Origin: Eledone cirrhosa
Taxonomy: Eukaryota
Reading direction: 5' to 3'
DNA length: 64,000 bases
Assembly: GCA_964016885.1 (NCBI GenBank)
Contig: OZ024762.1
Span: forward strand, 29,822,001 to 29,886,000
The translations under genes were made by a program, and so were the position numbers. Shown piece by piece: positions 51,801 through 64,000 of the stretch. Each line of letters begins with the position of its first letter. Position 1 is the stretch's first letter. The notes below the pieces were generated by a model that was not told where the DNA came from, searched no databases, and was given only the letters and a program-made list of their open reading frames with translations.

Positions 51801-54800
51801 GTTTTTACTGTGTTGCCTACACGGCCACATTACAGTGTGGACTGTCTGGCGGGATTTCTACAGCTGGATGCACTTCCTAACACCAACTACGCTTACAGTG
51901 TGGAACTGGGAGGTTTTTACCGTGTTGCCTACACGGCCACATTACAGCGTGGACTGTCTGGCGGGTTTTCTACAGCTGGATGCCCTTCCTAACACCAACC
52001 ACATTTACAGTGTGGACTGGGAGATTTTTACCGTGTTGCCTACACGGCCACATTACAGCGTGGACTGTCTGGCGCGTTTTCTACGGCTGGATGCCCTTCC
52101 TAACACCAACCACATTTACAGTGTGGACTGGGAGGTTTTTACCGTGTTGCCTACACGGCCACATTACAGCGTGGACTGTCTGGCGGGTTTTCTACGGCTG
52201 GATGCCCTTCCTAACACCAACCACTTTTACAGTGTGGACTGGGAGGTTTTTACCGTGTTGCCTACAAGGCCACATTACAGCGTGGACTGTCTGACGGGTT
52301 TTCTACAGCTGGATGCCCTTCCTAACACCAACTACATTTACAGTGTGGAACTGGGAGGTTTTTCCCGTGTTGCCTACACGGCCACATTACAGCGTGGACT
52401 GTCTGGCGGGTTTTCTACAGCTGGATGCCCTTCCTAACACCAACCACATTTACAGTGTGGACTGGGAGATTTTTACCGTGTTGCCTACACGGCCACATTA
52501 CAGCGTGGACTGTCTGGCGGGTTTTCTACGGCTGGATGCCCTTCCTAACACCAACCACATTTACAGTGTGGAACTGGGAGGTTTTTACCGTGTTGCCTAC
52601 ACGGCCACATTACAGCGTGGTCTGTCTGGCGGGTTTTCTACAGCTGGATGCCCTTCCTAACACCAACCACATTTACATTTTGGACTGGGAGATTTTTACC
52701 GTGTTGCCTACACGGCCACATTACAGCGTGGACTGACTGGCGGGTTTTCTACAGCTGGATGCTCTTCCTAACACCAACCACATTTACAGTGTGGACTGGG
52801 AGATTTTTACCGTGTTGCCTACACGGCCACATTACAGCGTGGACTGTCTGGCGGGTTTTCTACGGCTGGATGCCCTTCCTAACACCAACCACATTTACAG
52901 TGTGGGCTGGGAGGTTTTTACCGTGTTGCCTACACGGCCACATTACAGTGTGGACTGTCTGGCGGGTTTTCTACAGCTGGATGCCCTTCCTAACACCAAC
53001 TACGCTTACAGTGTGGAACTGGGAGGGATTTACCGTGTTGCCTACACGGCCACATTACAGCGTGGACTGTCTGGCGGGTTTTCTACAGCTGGATGCCCTT
53101 CCTAACACCAACCACATTTACAGTGTGGACTGGGAGATTTTTACCGTGTTGCCTACACGGCCACATTACAGCGTGGACTGTCTGGCGCGTTTTCTACGGC
53201 TGGATGCCCTTCCTAACACCAACCACATTTACAGTGTGGACTGGGAGGTTTTTACCGTGTTGCCTACACGGCCACATTACAGCGTGGACTGTCTGGCGGG
53301 TTTTCTACGGCTGGATGCCCTTCCTAACACCAACCACATTTACAGTGTGGACTGGGAGATTTTTACCGTGTTGCCTACACGGCCACATTACAGCGTGGAC
53401 TGTATGGCGGGTTTTCTACGGCTGGATGCTCTTCCTAACACCAACCACATTTAGTGAGGGGTTGCGAGGTTTTTACTGTGTTGCCTACACGGCCACATTA
53501 CAGCGTGGACTGTCTGGCGGGTTTTCTACGGCTGGATGCCCTTCCTAACACCAACCACATTTACATTGTGGACTGGGAGATTTTTACCGTGTTGCCTACA
53601 CGGCCACATTACAGCGTGGACTGACTGGCGGGTTTTCTACAGCTGGATGCTCTTCCTAACACCAACCACATTTACAGTGTGGACTGGGAGGTTTTTACCG
53701 GGTTGCCTACACGGCCACATTACAGCGTGGACTGTCTGGCGGGTTATCTACGGCTAGATGCCCTTCCTAACACCAACCACATTTACAGTGTGGACTGGGA
53801 GGTTTTTACCGTGTTGCCTACACGGCCACATTACAGCGTGGACTGTCTGGCGGGTTTTCTACAGCTGGATGCCCTTCCTAACACCAACTACGCTTACAGT
53901 GTGGAACTGGGAGGTTTTTACCGTGTTGCCTACACGGCCACATTACAGCGTGGACTGTCTGGCGGGTTTTCTACAGCTGGATGCCCTTCCTAACACCAAC
54001 CACATTTACAGTGTGGACTGGGAGATTTTTACCGTGTTGCCTACACGGCCACATTACAGCGTGGACTGTCTGGCGGGTTTTCTACGGCTGGATGCCCTTC
54101 CTAACACCAACCACATTTACAGTGTGGACTGGGAGGTTTTTACCGTGTTGCCTACACGGCCACATTACACCGTTGACTGTCTGGCGGGTTTTCTACGGCT
54201 GGATGCCCTTCCTAACACCAACCACATTTACAGTGTGGACTGGGAGGATTTTACCGTGTTGCCTACACGGCCACATTACAGCGTGGACTGTCTGGCGGGT
54301 TTTCTACGGCTGGATGCCCTTCCTAACACCAACCACATTTAGTGTGGGGTTGCGAGGTTTTTACTGTGTTGCTTACACGGCCACATTATAGCGTGGACTG
54401 TCTGGCGGGTTTTCTACGGCTGGATGCCCTTCCTAACACCAACCACATTTACAGTGTGGACTGGGAGGTTTTTACCGTGTTGCCTACACGGCCACATTAC
54501 AGCGTGGACTGTCTGGCGGGTTATCTACGGCTGGATGCGCTTCCTAACACCAACCACATTTACAGTGTGGACTGGGAGGTTTTTACCGTGTTGCCTACAC
54601 GGCCACATTACAGCGTGGACTGTCTGGCGGGTTTTCTACGGCTGGATGCCCTTCCTAACACCAACCACATTTACAGTGTGGGGCTGGGAGGTTTTTACTG
54701 TGTTGCCTACACAGCCACATTACAGCGTGGACTGTCTGGCGGGTTTTCTACAGCTGGATGCCCTTCCTAACACCAACTACGTTTACAGTATGGAACTGGG

Positions 54801-57800
54801 AGGTTTTTACCGTGTTGCCTACACGGCCACATTACAGCGTGGACTGTCTGGCGGGTTTTCTACGGCTGGATGCCCTTCCTAACACCAACCACATTTACAG
54901 TGTGGACTGGGAGGTTTTTACCGTGTTGCCTACACGGCCACATTACAGCGTGGACTGTCTGGCGGGTTTTCTACGGCTGGATGCCCTTCCTAACACCAAC
55001 CACATTTACAGTGTGGACTGGGAGGTTTTTACCGTGTTGCCTACAAGGCCACATTACAGCGTGGACTGTCTGGCGGGTTTTCTACGGCTGGATGCCCTTC
55101 CTAACACCAACCACATTTACATTGTGGACTGGGAGATTTTTACCGTGTTGCCTACACGGCCACATTACAGCGTGGACTGTCTGGCGGGTTTTCTACAGCT
55201 GGATGCCCTTCCTAACACCAACCACATTTACAGTGTGGACTGGGAGATTTTTACGGTGTTGCCTACACGGCCACATTACAGCGTGGACTGTCTGGCGGGT
55301 TTTCTACGGCTGGATGCCCTTCCTAACACCAACCACATTTACAGAGTGGACTGGGAGGTTTTTACCGGGTTGCCTACACGGCCACATTACAGCGTGGACT
55401 GTCTGGCGGGTTTTCTACAGCTGGATGCCCTTCCTAACACCAACTACGTTTACAGTGTGGAACTGGGAGGTTTTTCCCGTGTTGCCTACACGGCCACATT
55501 ACAGCGTGGACAGTCTGGCGGGTTTTCTACAGCTGGATGCACTTCCTAACACCAACCACATTTACAGTGTGGACTGGGAGATTTTTACCGTGTTGCCTAC
55601 ACGGCCACATTACAGCGTGGACTGTCTGGCGGGTTTTCTACGGCTGGATGCCCTTCCTAACACCAACCACATTTACAGTATGGACTGGGATGTTTTTACC
55701 GTGTTGCCTACACGGCCACATTACAGCGTGGACTGTCTGGCGGGTTATCTACGGCTGGATGCCCTTCCTAACACCAACCACATTTACAGTGTGGAACTGG
55801 AAGGTTTTTACCGTGTTGCCTACACGGCCACATTACAGCGTGGACTGTCTGGCGGGTTTTCTACGGCTGGATGCTATTCCTAACACCAACCACATTTACA
55901 TTTTGGACTGGGAGATTTTTACCGTGTTGCCTACACGGCCACATTACAGCGTGGACTGTCTGGCGGGTTTTCTACAGCTGGATGCTCTTCCTAACACCAA
56001 CCACATTTACAGTGTGGACTGGGAGATTTTTACCGTGTTGCCTACACGGCCACATTACAGCGTGGACTGTATGGCGGGTTTTCTACGGCTGGATGCTCTT
56101 CCTAACACCAACCACATTTAGTGAGGGGTTGCGAGGTTTTTACTGTGTTGCCTACACGGCCACATTACAGCGTGGACTGTCTGGCGGGTTTTCTACGGCT
56201 GGATGCCCTTCCTAACACCAACCACATTTACATTGTGGACTGGGAGATTTTTACCGTGTTGCCTACACGGCCACATTACAGCGTGGACAGTCTGGCGGGT
56301 TTTCTACAGCTGGATGCTCTTCCTAACACCAACCACATTTACAGTGTGGACTGGGAGGTTTTTACCGGGTTGCCTACACGGCCACATTACAGCGTGGACT
56401 GTCTGGCGGGTTATCTACGGCTGGATGCCCTTCCTAACACCAACCACATTTACAGTGTGGACTGGGAGGTTTTTACCGTGTTGCCTACACGGCCACATTA
56501 CAGCGTGGACTGTCTGGCGGGTTTTCTACAGCTGGATGCCCTTCCTAACACCAACTACGCTTACAGTGTGGAACTGGGAGGTTTTTACCGTGTTGCCTAC
56601 ACGGCCACATTACAGCGTGGACTGTCTGGCGGGTTTTCTACAGCTGGATGCCCTTCCTAACACCAACCACATTTACAGTGTGGGGCTGGGAGGTTTTTAC
56701 TGTGTTGCCTACACAGCCACATTACAGCGTGGACTGTCTGGCGGGTTTTCTACAGCTGGATGCCCTTCCTAACACCAACTACGTTTACAGTATGGAACTG
56801 GGAGGTTTTTACCGTGTTGCCTACACGGCCACATTACAGCGTGGACTGTCTGGCGGGTTTTCTACGGCTGGATGCCCTTCCTAACACCAACCACATTTAC
56901 AGTGTGGACTGGGAGGTTTTTACCGTGTTGCCTACACGGCCACATTACAGCGTGGACTGTCTGGCGGGTTTTCTACGGCTGGATGCCCTTCCTAACACCA
57001 ACCACATTTACAGTGTGGACTGGGAGGTTTTTACCGTGTTGCCTACACGGCCACATTACAGCGTGGACTGTCTGGCGGGTTTTCTACGGCTGGATGCCCT
57101 TCCTAACACCAACCACATTTACAGTGTGGGGCTGGGAGGTTTTTACTGTGTTGCCTACACAGCCACATTACAGCGTGGACTGTCTGGCGGGTTTTCTACA
57201 GCTGGATGCCCTTCCTAACACCAACTACGTTTACAGTATGGAACTGGGAGGTTTTTACCGTGTTGCCTACACGGCCACATTACAGCGTGGACTGTCTGGC
57301 GGGTTTTCTACGGCTGGATGCCCTTCCTAACACCAACCACATTTACAGTGTGGACTGGGAGGTTTTTACCGTGTTGCCTACACGGCCACATTACAGCGTG
57401 GACTGTCTGGCGGGTTTTCTACGGCTGGATGCCCTTCCTAACACCAACCACATTTACAGTGTGGACTGGGAGGTTTTTACCGTGTTGCCTACAAGGCCAC
57501 ATTACAGCGTGGACTGTCTGGCGGGTTTTCTACGGCTGGATGCCCTTCCTAACACCAACCACATTTACATTGTGGACTGGGAGATTTTTACCGTGTTGCC
57601 TACACGGCCACATTACAGCGTGGACTGTCTGGCGGGTTTTCTACAGCTGGATGCCCTTCCTAACACCAACCACATTTACAGTGTGGACTGGGAGATTTTT
57701 ACGGTGTTGCCTACACGGCCACATTACAGCGTGGACTGTCTGGCGGGTTTTCTACGGCTGGATGCCCTTCCTAACACCAACCACATTTACAGAGTGGACT

Positions 57801-60800
57801 GGGAGGTTTTTACCGGGTTGCCTACACGGCCACATTACAGCGTGGACTGTCTGGCGGGTTTTCTACAGCTGGATGCCCTTCCTAACACCAACTACGTTTA
57901 CAGTGTGGAACTGGGAGGTTTTTCCCGTGTTGCCTACACGGCCACATTACAGCGTGGACAGTCTGGCGGGTTTTCTACAGCTGGATGCACTTCCTAACAC
58001 CAACCACATTTACAGTGTGGACTGGGAGATTTTTACCGTGTTGCCTACACGGCCACATTACAGCGTGGACTGTCTGGCGGGTTTTCTACGGCTGGATGCC
58101 CTTCCTAACACCAACCACATTTACAGTATGGACTGGGATGTTTTTACCGTGTTGCCTACACGGCCACATTACAGCGTGGACTGTCTGGCGGGTTATCTAC
58201 GGCTGGATGCCCTTCCTAACACCAACCACATTTACAGTGTGGAACTGGGAGGTTTTTACCGTGTTGCCTACACGGCCACATTACAGCGTGGACTGTCTGG
58301 CGGGTTTTCTACGGCTGGATGCTATTCCTAACACCAACCACATTTACATTTTGGACTGGGAGATTTTTACCGTGTTGCCTACACGGCCACATTACAGCGT
58401 GGACTGTCTGGCGGGTTTTCTACAGCTGGATGCTCTTCCTAACACCAACCACATTTACAGTGTGGACTGGGAGATTTTTACCGTGTTGCCTACACGGCCA
58501 CATTACAGCGTGGACTGTATGGCGGGTTTTCTACGGCTGGATGCTCTTCCTAACACCAACCACATTTAGTGAGGGGTTGCGAGGTTTTTACTGTGTTGCC
58601 TACACGGCCACATTACAGCGTGGACTGTCTGGCGGGTTTTCTACGGCTGGATGCCCTTCCTAACACCAACCACATTTACATTGTGGACTGGGAGATTTTT
58701 ACCGTGTTGCCTACACGGCCACATTACAGCGTGGACAGTCTGGCGGGTTTTCTACAGCTGGATGCTCTTCCTAACACCAACCACATTTACAGTGTGGACT
58801 GGGAGGTTTTTACCGGGTTGCCTACACGGCCACATTACAGCGTGGACTGTCTGGCGGGTTATCTACGGCTGGATGCCCTTCCTAACACCAACCACATTTA
58901 CAGTGTGGACTGGGAGGTTTTTACCGTGTTGCCTACACGGCCACATTACAGCGTGGACTGTCTGGCGGGTTTTCTACAGCTGGATGCCTTTCCTAACACC
59001 AACTACGCTTACAGTGTGGAACTGGGAGGTTTTTACCGTGTTGCCTACACGGCCACATTACAGCGTGGACTGTCTGGCGGGTTTTCTACAGCTGGATGCC
59101 CTTCCTAACACCAACCACATTTACAGTGTGGACTGGGAGATTTTTACCGTGTTGCCTACACGGCCACATTACAGCGTGGACTGTCTGGCGGGTTTTCTAC
59201 GGCTGGATGCCCTTCCTAACACCAACCACATTTACAGTGTGGACTGGGAGGTTTTTACCGTGTTGCCTACACGGCCACATTACAGCGTTGACTGTCTGGC
59301 GGGTTTTCTACGGCTGGATGCCCTTCCTAACACCAACCACATTTACAGTGTGGACTGGGAGGTTTTTACCGTGTTGCCTACACGGCCACATTACAGCGTG
59401 GACTGTCTGGCGGGTTTTCTACGGCTGGATGCCCTTCCTAACACCAACCACATTTAGTGTGGGGTTGCGAGGTTTTTACTGTGTTGCTTACACGGCCACA
59501 TTATAGCGTGGACTGTCTGGCGGGTTTTCTACGGCTGGATGCCCTTCCTAACACCAACCACATTTACAGTGTGGACTGGGAGGTTTTTACCGTGTTGCCT
59601 ACACGGCCACATTACAGCGTGGACTGTCTGGCGGGTTATCTACGGCTGGATGCGCTTCCTAACACCAACCACATTTACAGTGTGGACTGGGAGGTTTTTA
59701 CCGTGTTGCCTACACGGCCACATTACAGCGTGGACTGTCTGGCGGGTTTTCTACGGCTGGATGCCCTTCCTAACACCAACCACATTTACATTGTGGACTG
59801 GGAGATTTTTACCGTGTTGCCTACACGGCCACATTACAGCGTGGACTGACTGGCGGGTTTTCTACAGCTGGATGCTCTTCCTAACACCAACCACATTTAC
59901 AGTGTGGACTGGGAGATTTTTACCGTGTTGCCTACACGGCCACATTACAGCGTGGACTGTCTGGCGGGTTTTCTACGGCTGGATGTCCTTCCTAACACCA
60001 ACCACATTTACAGTGTGGGGCTGGGAGGTTTTTACTGTGTTGCCTACACAGCCACATTACAGCGTGGACTGTCTGGCGGGTTTTCTACAGCTGGATGCCC
60101 TTCCTAACACCAACTACGTTTACAGTGTGGAACTGGGAGGTTTTTACCGTGTTGCCTACACGGCCACATTACAGCGTGGACTGTCTGGCGGGTTTTCTAC
60201 GGCTGGATGCCCTTCCTAACACCAACCACATTTACAGTGTGGGCTGGGAGGTTTTTACTGTGTTGCCTACACGGCCACATTACAGTGTGGACTGTCTGGC
60301 GGGTTTTCTACAGCTGGATGCCCTTCCTAACACCAACTACGCTTACAGTGTGGAACTGGGAGGTTTTTACCGTGTTGCCTACACGGCCACATTACAGCGT
60401 GGACTGTCTGGCGGGTTTTCTACAGCTGGATGCCCTTCCTAACACCAACCACATTTACAGTGTGGACTGGGAGATTTTTACCGTGTTGCCTACACGGCCA
60501 CATTACAGCGTGGACTGTCTGGCGCGTTTTCTACGGCTGGATGCCCTTCCTAACACCAACCACATTTACAGTGTGGACTGGGAGGTTTTTACCGTGTTGC
60601 CTACACGGCCACATTATAGCGTGGACTGTCTGGCGGGTTTTCTACGGCTGGATGCCCTTCCTAACACCAACCACTTTTACAGTGTGGACTGGGAGGTTTT
60701 TACCGTGTTGCCTACAAGGCCACATTACAGCGTGGACTGTCTGGCGGGTTTTCTACAGCTGGATGCCCTTCCTAACACCAACTACGTTTACAGTGTGGAA

Positions 60801-63200
60801 CTGGGAGGTTTTTCCCGTGTTGCCTACACGGCCACATTACAGCGTGGACTGTCTGGCGGGTTTTCTACAGCTGGATGCCCTTCCTAACACCAACCACATT
60901 TACAGTGTGGAATGGGAGATTTTTACCGTGTTGCCTACACGGCCACATTACAGCGTGGACTGTCTGGCGGGTTTTCTACGGCTGGATGCCCTTCCTAACA
61001 CCAACCACATTTACAGTGTGGAACTGGGAGGTTTTTACCGTGTTGCCTACACGGCCACATTACAGCGTGGTCTGTCTGGCGGGTTTTCTACAGCTGGATG
61101 CCCTTCCTAACACCAACCACATTTACATTTTGGACTGGGAGATTTTTACCGTGTTGCCTACACGGCCACATTACAGCGTGGACTGTCTGGCGGGTTTTCT
61201 ACGGCTGGATGCCCTTCCTAACACCAACCACATTTACAGTGTGGGCTGGGAGGTTTTTACCGTGTTGCCTACACGGCCACATTACAGTGTGGACTGTCTG
61301 GCGGGTTTTCTACAGCTGGATGCCCTTCCTAACACCAACTACGCTTACAGTGTGGAACTGGGAGGGATTTACCGTGTTGCCTACACGGCCACATTACAGC
61401 GTGGACTGTCTGGCGGGTTTTCTACGGCTGGATGCCCTTCCTAACACCAACCACATTTACAGTGTGGACTGGGAGATTTTTACCGTGTTGCCTACACGGC
61501 CACATTACAGCGTGGACTGTATGGCGGGTTTTCTACGGCTGGATGCTCTTCCTAACACCAACCACATTTAGTGAGGGGTTGCGAGGTTTTTACTGTGTTG
61601 CCTACACGGCCACATTACAGCGTGGACTGTCTGGCGGGTTTTCTACGGCTGGATGCCCTTCCTAACACCAACCACATTTACATTGTGGACTGGGAGATTT
61701 TTACCGTGTTGCCTACACGGCCACATTACAGCGTGGACTGACTGGCGGGTTTTCTACAGCTGGATGCTCTTCCTAACACCAACCACATTTACAGTGTGGA
61801 CTGGGAGGTTTTTACCGGGTTGCCTACACGGCCACATTACAGCGTGGACTGTCTGGCGGGTTATCTACGGCTGGATGCTCTTCCTAACACCAACCACATT
61901 TACAGTGTGGACTGGGAGGTTTTTACCGTGTTGCCTACACGGCCACATTACAGCGTGGACTGTCTGGCGGGTTTTCTACAGCTGGATGCCCTTCCTAACA
62001 CCAACTACGCTTACAGTGTGGAACTGGGAGGTTTTTACCGTGTTGCCTACACGGCCACATTACAGCGTGGACTGTCTGGCGGGTTTTCTACAGCTGGATG
62101 CCCTTCCTAACACCAACCACATTTACAGTGTGGACTGGGAGATTTTTACCGTGTTGCCTACACGGCCACATTACAGCGTGGACTGTCTGGCGGGTTTTCT
62201 ACGGCTGGATGCCCTTCCTAACACCAACCACATTTACAGTGTGGACTGGGAGGTTTTTACCGTGTTGCTTACACGGCCACATTACAGCGTTGACTGTCTG
62301 GCGGGTTTTCTACGGCTGGATGCCCTTCCTAACACCAACCACATTTACAGTGTGGACTGGGAGGATTTTACCGTGTTGCCTACACGGCCACATTACAGCG
62401 TGGACTGTCTGGCGGGTTTTCTACGGCTGGATGCCCTTCCTAACACCAACCACATTTAGTATGTGGTTGCGAGGTTTTTACTGTGTTGCTTACACGGCCA
62501 CATTATAGCGTGGACTGTCTGGCGGGTTTTCTACGGCTGGATGCCCTTCCTAACACCAACCACATTTACAGTGTGGACTGGGAGGTTTTTACCGTGTTGC
62601 CTACACGGCCACATTACAGCGTGGACTGTCTGGCGGGTTATCTACGGCTGGATGCGCTTCCTAACACCAACCACATTTACAGTGTGGACTGGGAGGTTTT
62701 TACCGTGTTGCCTACACGGCCACATTACAGCGTGGACTGTCTGGCGGGTTTTCTACGGCTGGATGCCCTTCCTAACACCAACCACATTTACATTGTGGAC
62801 TGGGAGATTTTTACCGTGTTGCCTACACGGCCACATTACAGCGTGGACTGACTGGCGGGTTTTCTACAGCTGGATGCTCTTCCTAACACCAACCACATTT
62901 ACAGTGTGGACTGGGAGATTTTTACCGTGTTGCCTACACGGCCACATTACAGCGTGGACTGTCTGGCGGGTTTTCTACGGCTGGATGTCCTTCCTAACAC
63001 CAACCACATTTACAGTGTGGGGCTGGGAGGTTTTTACTGTGTTGCCTACACAGCCACATTACAGCGTGGACTGTCTGGCGGGTTTTCTACAGCTGGATGC
63101 CCTTCCTAACACCAACTACGTTTACAGTATGGAACTGGGAGGTTTTTACCGTGTTGCCTACACGGCCACATTACAGCGTGGACTGTCTGGCGGGTTTTCT
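48900..63200. repeat. Nested duplication in the right-hand domain: ~5.9 kb unit duplicated, with a 2448-bp (22-monomer) internal duplication in the second copy
   Basis: Offset 5890 for 48980/54870, 49647/55537, 49981/55871; offset 2448 for 54758/57206, 55537/57985, 56121/58569; offsets 8228/8450/8117 for 50868/59096, 51645/60095, 53981/62098. Confidence 0.8.
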
Positions 63201-64000
63201 ACGGCTGGATGCCCTTCCTAACACCAACCACATTTACAGTGTGGGCTGGGATGTTTTTACTGTGTTGCCTACACGGCCACATTACAGTGTGGACTGTCTG
63301 GCGGGTTTTCTACAGCTGGATGCCCTTCCTAACACCAACTACGCTTACAGTGTGGAACTGGGAGGTTTTTACCGTGTTGCCTACATGGCCACATTACAGC
63401 GTGGACTGTCTGGCGGGTTTTCTACAGCTGGATGCCCTTCCTAACACCAACCACATTTACAGTGTGGACTGGGAGGTTTTTACCGTGTTGCCTACACGGC
63501 CACATTACAGCGTGGACTGTCTGGCGCGTTTTCTACGGCTGGATGCCCTTCCTAACACCAACCACATTTACAGTGTGGACTGGGAGGTTTTTACCGTGTT
63601 GCCTACACGGCCACATTACAGCGTGGACTGTCTGGCGGGTTTTCTACAGCTGGATGCCCTTCCTAACACCAACTACGTTTACAGTGTGGAACTGGGAGGT
63701 TTTTCCCGTGTTGCCTACACGGCCACATTACAGCGTGGACTGTCTGGCGGGTTTTCTACAGCTGGATGCCCTTCCTAACACCAACCACATTTACAGTGTG
63801 GACTGGGAGATTTTTACCGTGTTGCCTACACGGCCACATTACAGCGTGGACTGTCTGGCGGGTTTTCTACGGCTGGATGCCCTTCTTAACACCAACCACA
63901 TTTACAGTGTGGACTGGGAGGTTTTTACCGTGTTGCCTACACGGCCACATTACAGCGTGGACTGTCTGGCGGGTTATCTACGGCTGGATGCCCTTCCTAA

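Larger units (their letters stand above)
1..64000. repeat. Tandem satellite DNA array, ~111-bp monomer, ~576 head-to-tail copies, extending beyond both window ends
   Basis: Bases 1-111 recur at 112-222, 223-334 and so on to the end of the window. Monomers differ from consensus by a few substitutions and occasional 1-2 bp indels. No unique sequence or inversion seen. Confidence 0.99.

Noticed and set aside
15-63778. Numerous overlapping + strand ORFs (up to 670 aa) as real genes or a giant repeat protein
   Set aside because: They are translations of a 111-bp unit in two overlapping frames, with frameshifts every few monomers, recurrent stops (GACTGA, TTTAG), no unique N/C-terminal domain and no recognisable protein family.
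1-64000. CRISPR array (repeated 20-21 bp partly palindromic motif separated by ~28 and ~42 bp)
   Set aside because: The intervening sequences are the same two alternating segments rather than unique spacers. There is no leader and no cas gene.
1-64000. Rolling-circle/concatemer sequencing artefact or integron-like cassette array
   Set aside because: Variants recur in linked haplotypes and nested blocks, as expected from genomic evolution rather than random read error, and there are no variable cassettes. Local mis-assembly of individual duplications cannot be excluded.

Overview
The whole 64-kb window lies inside one uninterrupted, head-to-tail satellite array. The monomer is ~111 bp (about 576 copies, ~53% GC, all in one orientation, no visible flank or insertion). 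Consensus: GGGAG(G/A)TTTTTACCGTGTTGCCTACACGGCCACATTACAGCGTGGACTGTCTGGCGGGTTTTCTAC(G/A)GCTGGATGCCCTTCCTAACACCAACCACATTTACAGTGTGGACT. I found no credible protein or RNA gene. The many + strand ORFs arise because the unit is 37 codons long with two stop-free frames, and they are broken repeatedly by 110- and 112-bp variant monomers. Points of interest: (1) the minus strand resembles, from memory, an RTE-5'UTR-type/cephalopod SINE body, so this may be a retroposon-derived animal satellite; (2) the monomer contains a duplicated 20-21 bp motif and three short hairpins; (3) recurring variant monomers show an irregular higher-order organisation with nested multi-kb tandem duplications and a sub-family boundary near 46.9-47.5 kb; (4) many recurrent variants are CpG transitions, suggesting a methylated eukaryotic genome. 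The sequence does not support a novel protein-coding system. Duplication boundaries are approximate and were derived by eye from marker variants and ORF-track offsets.
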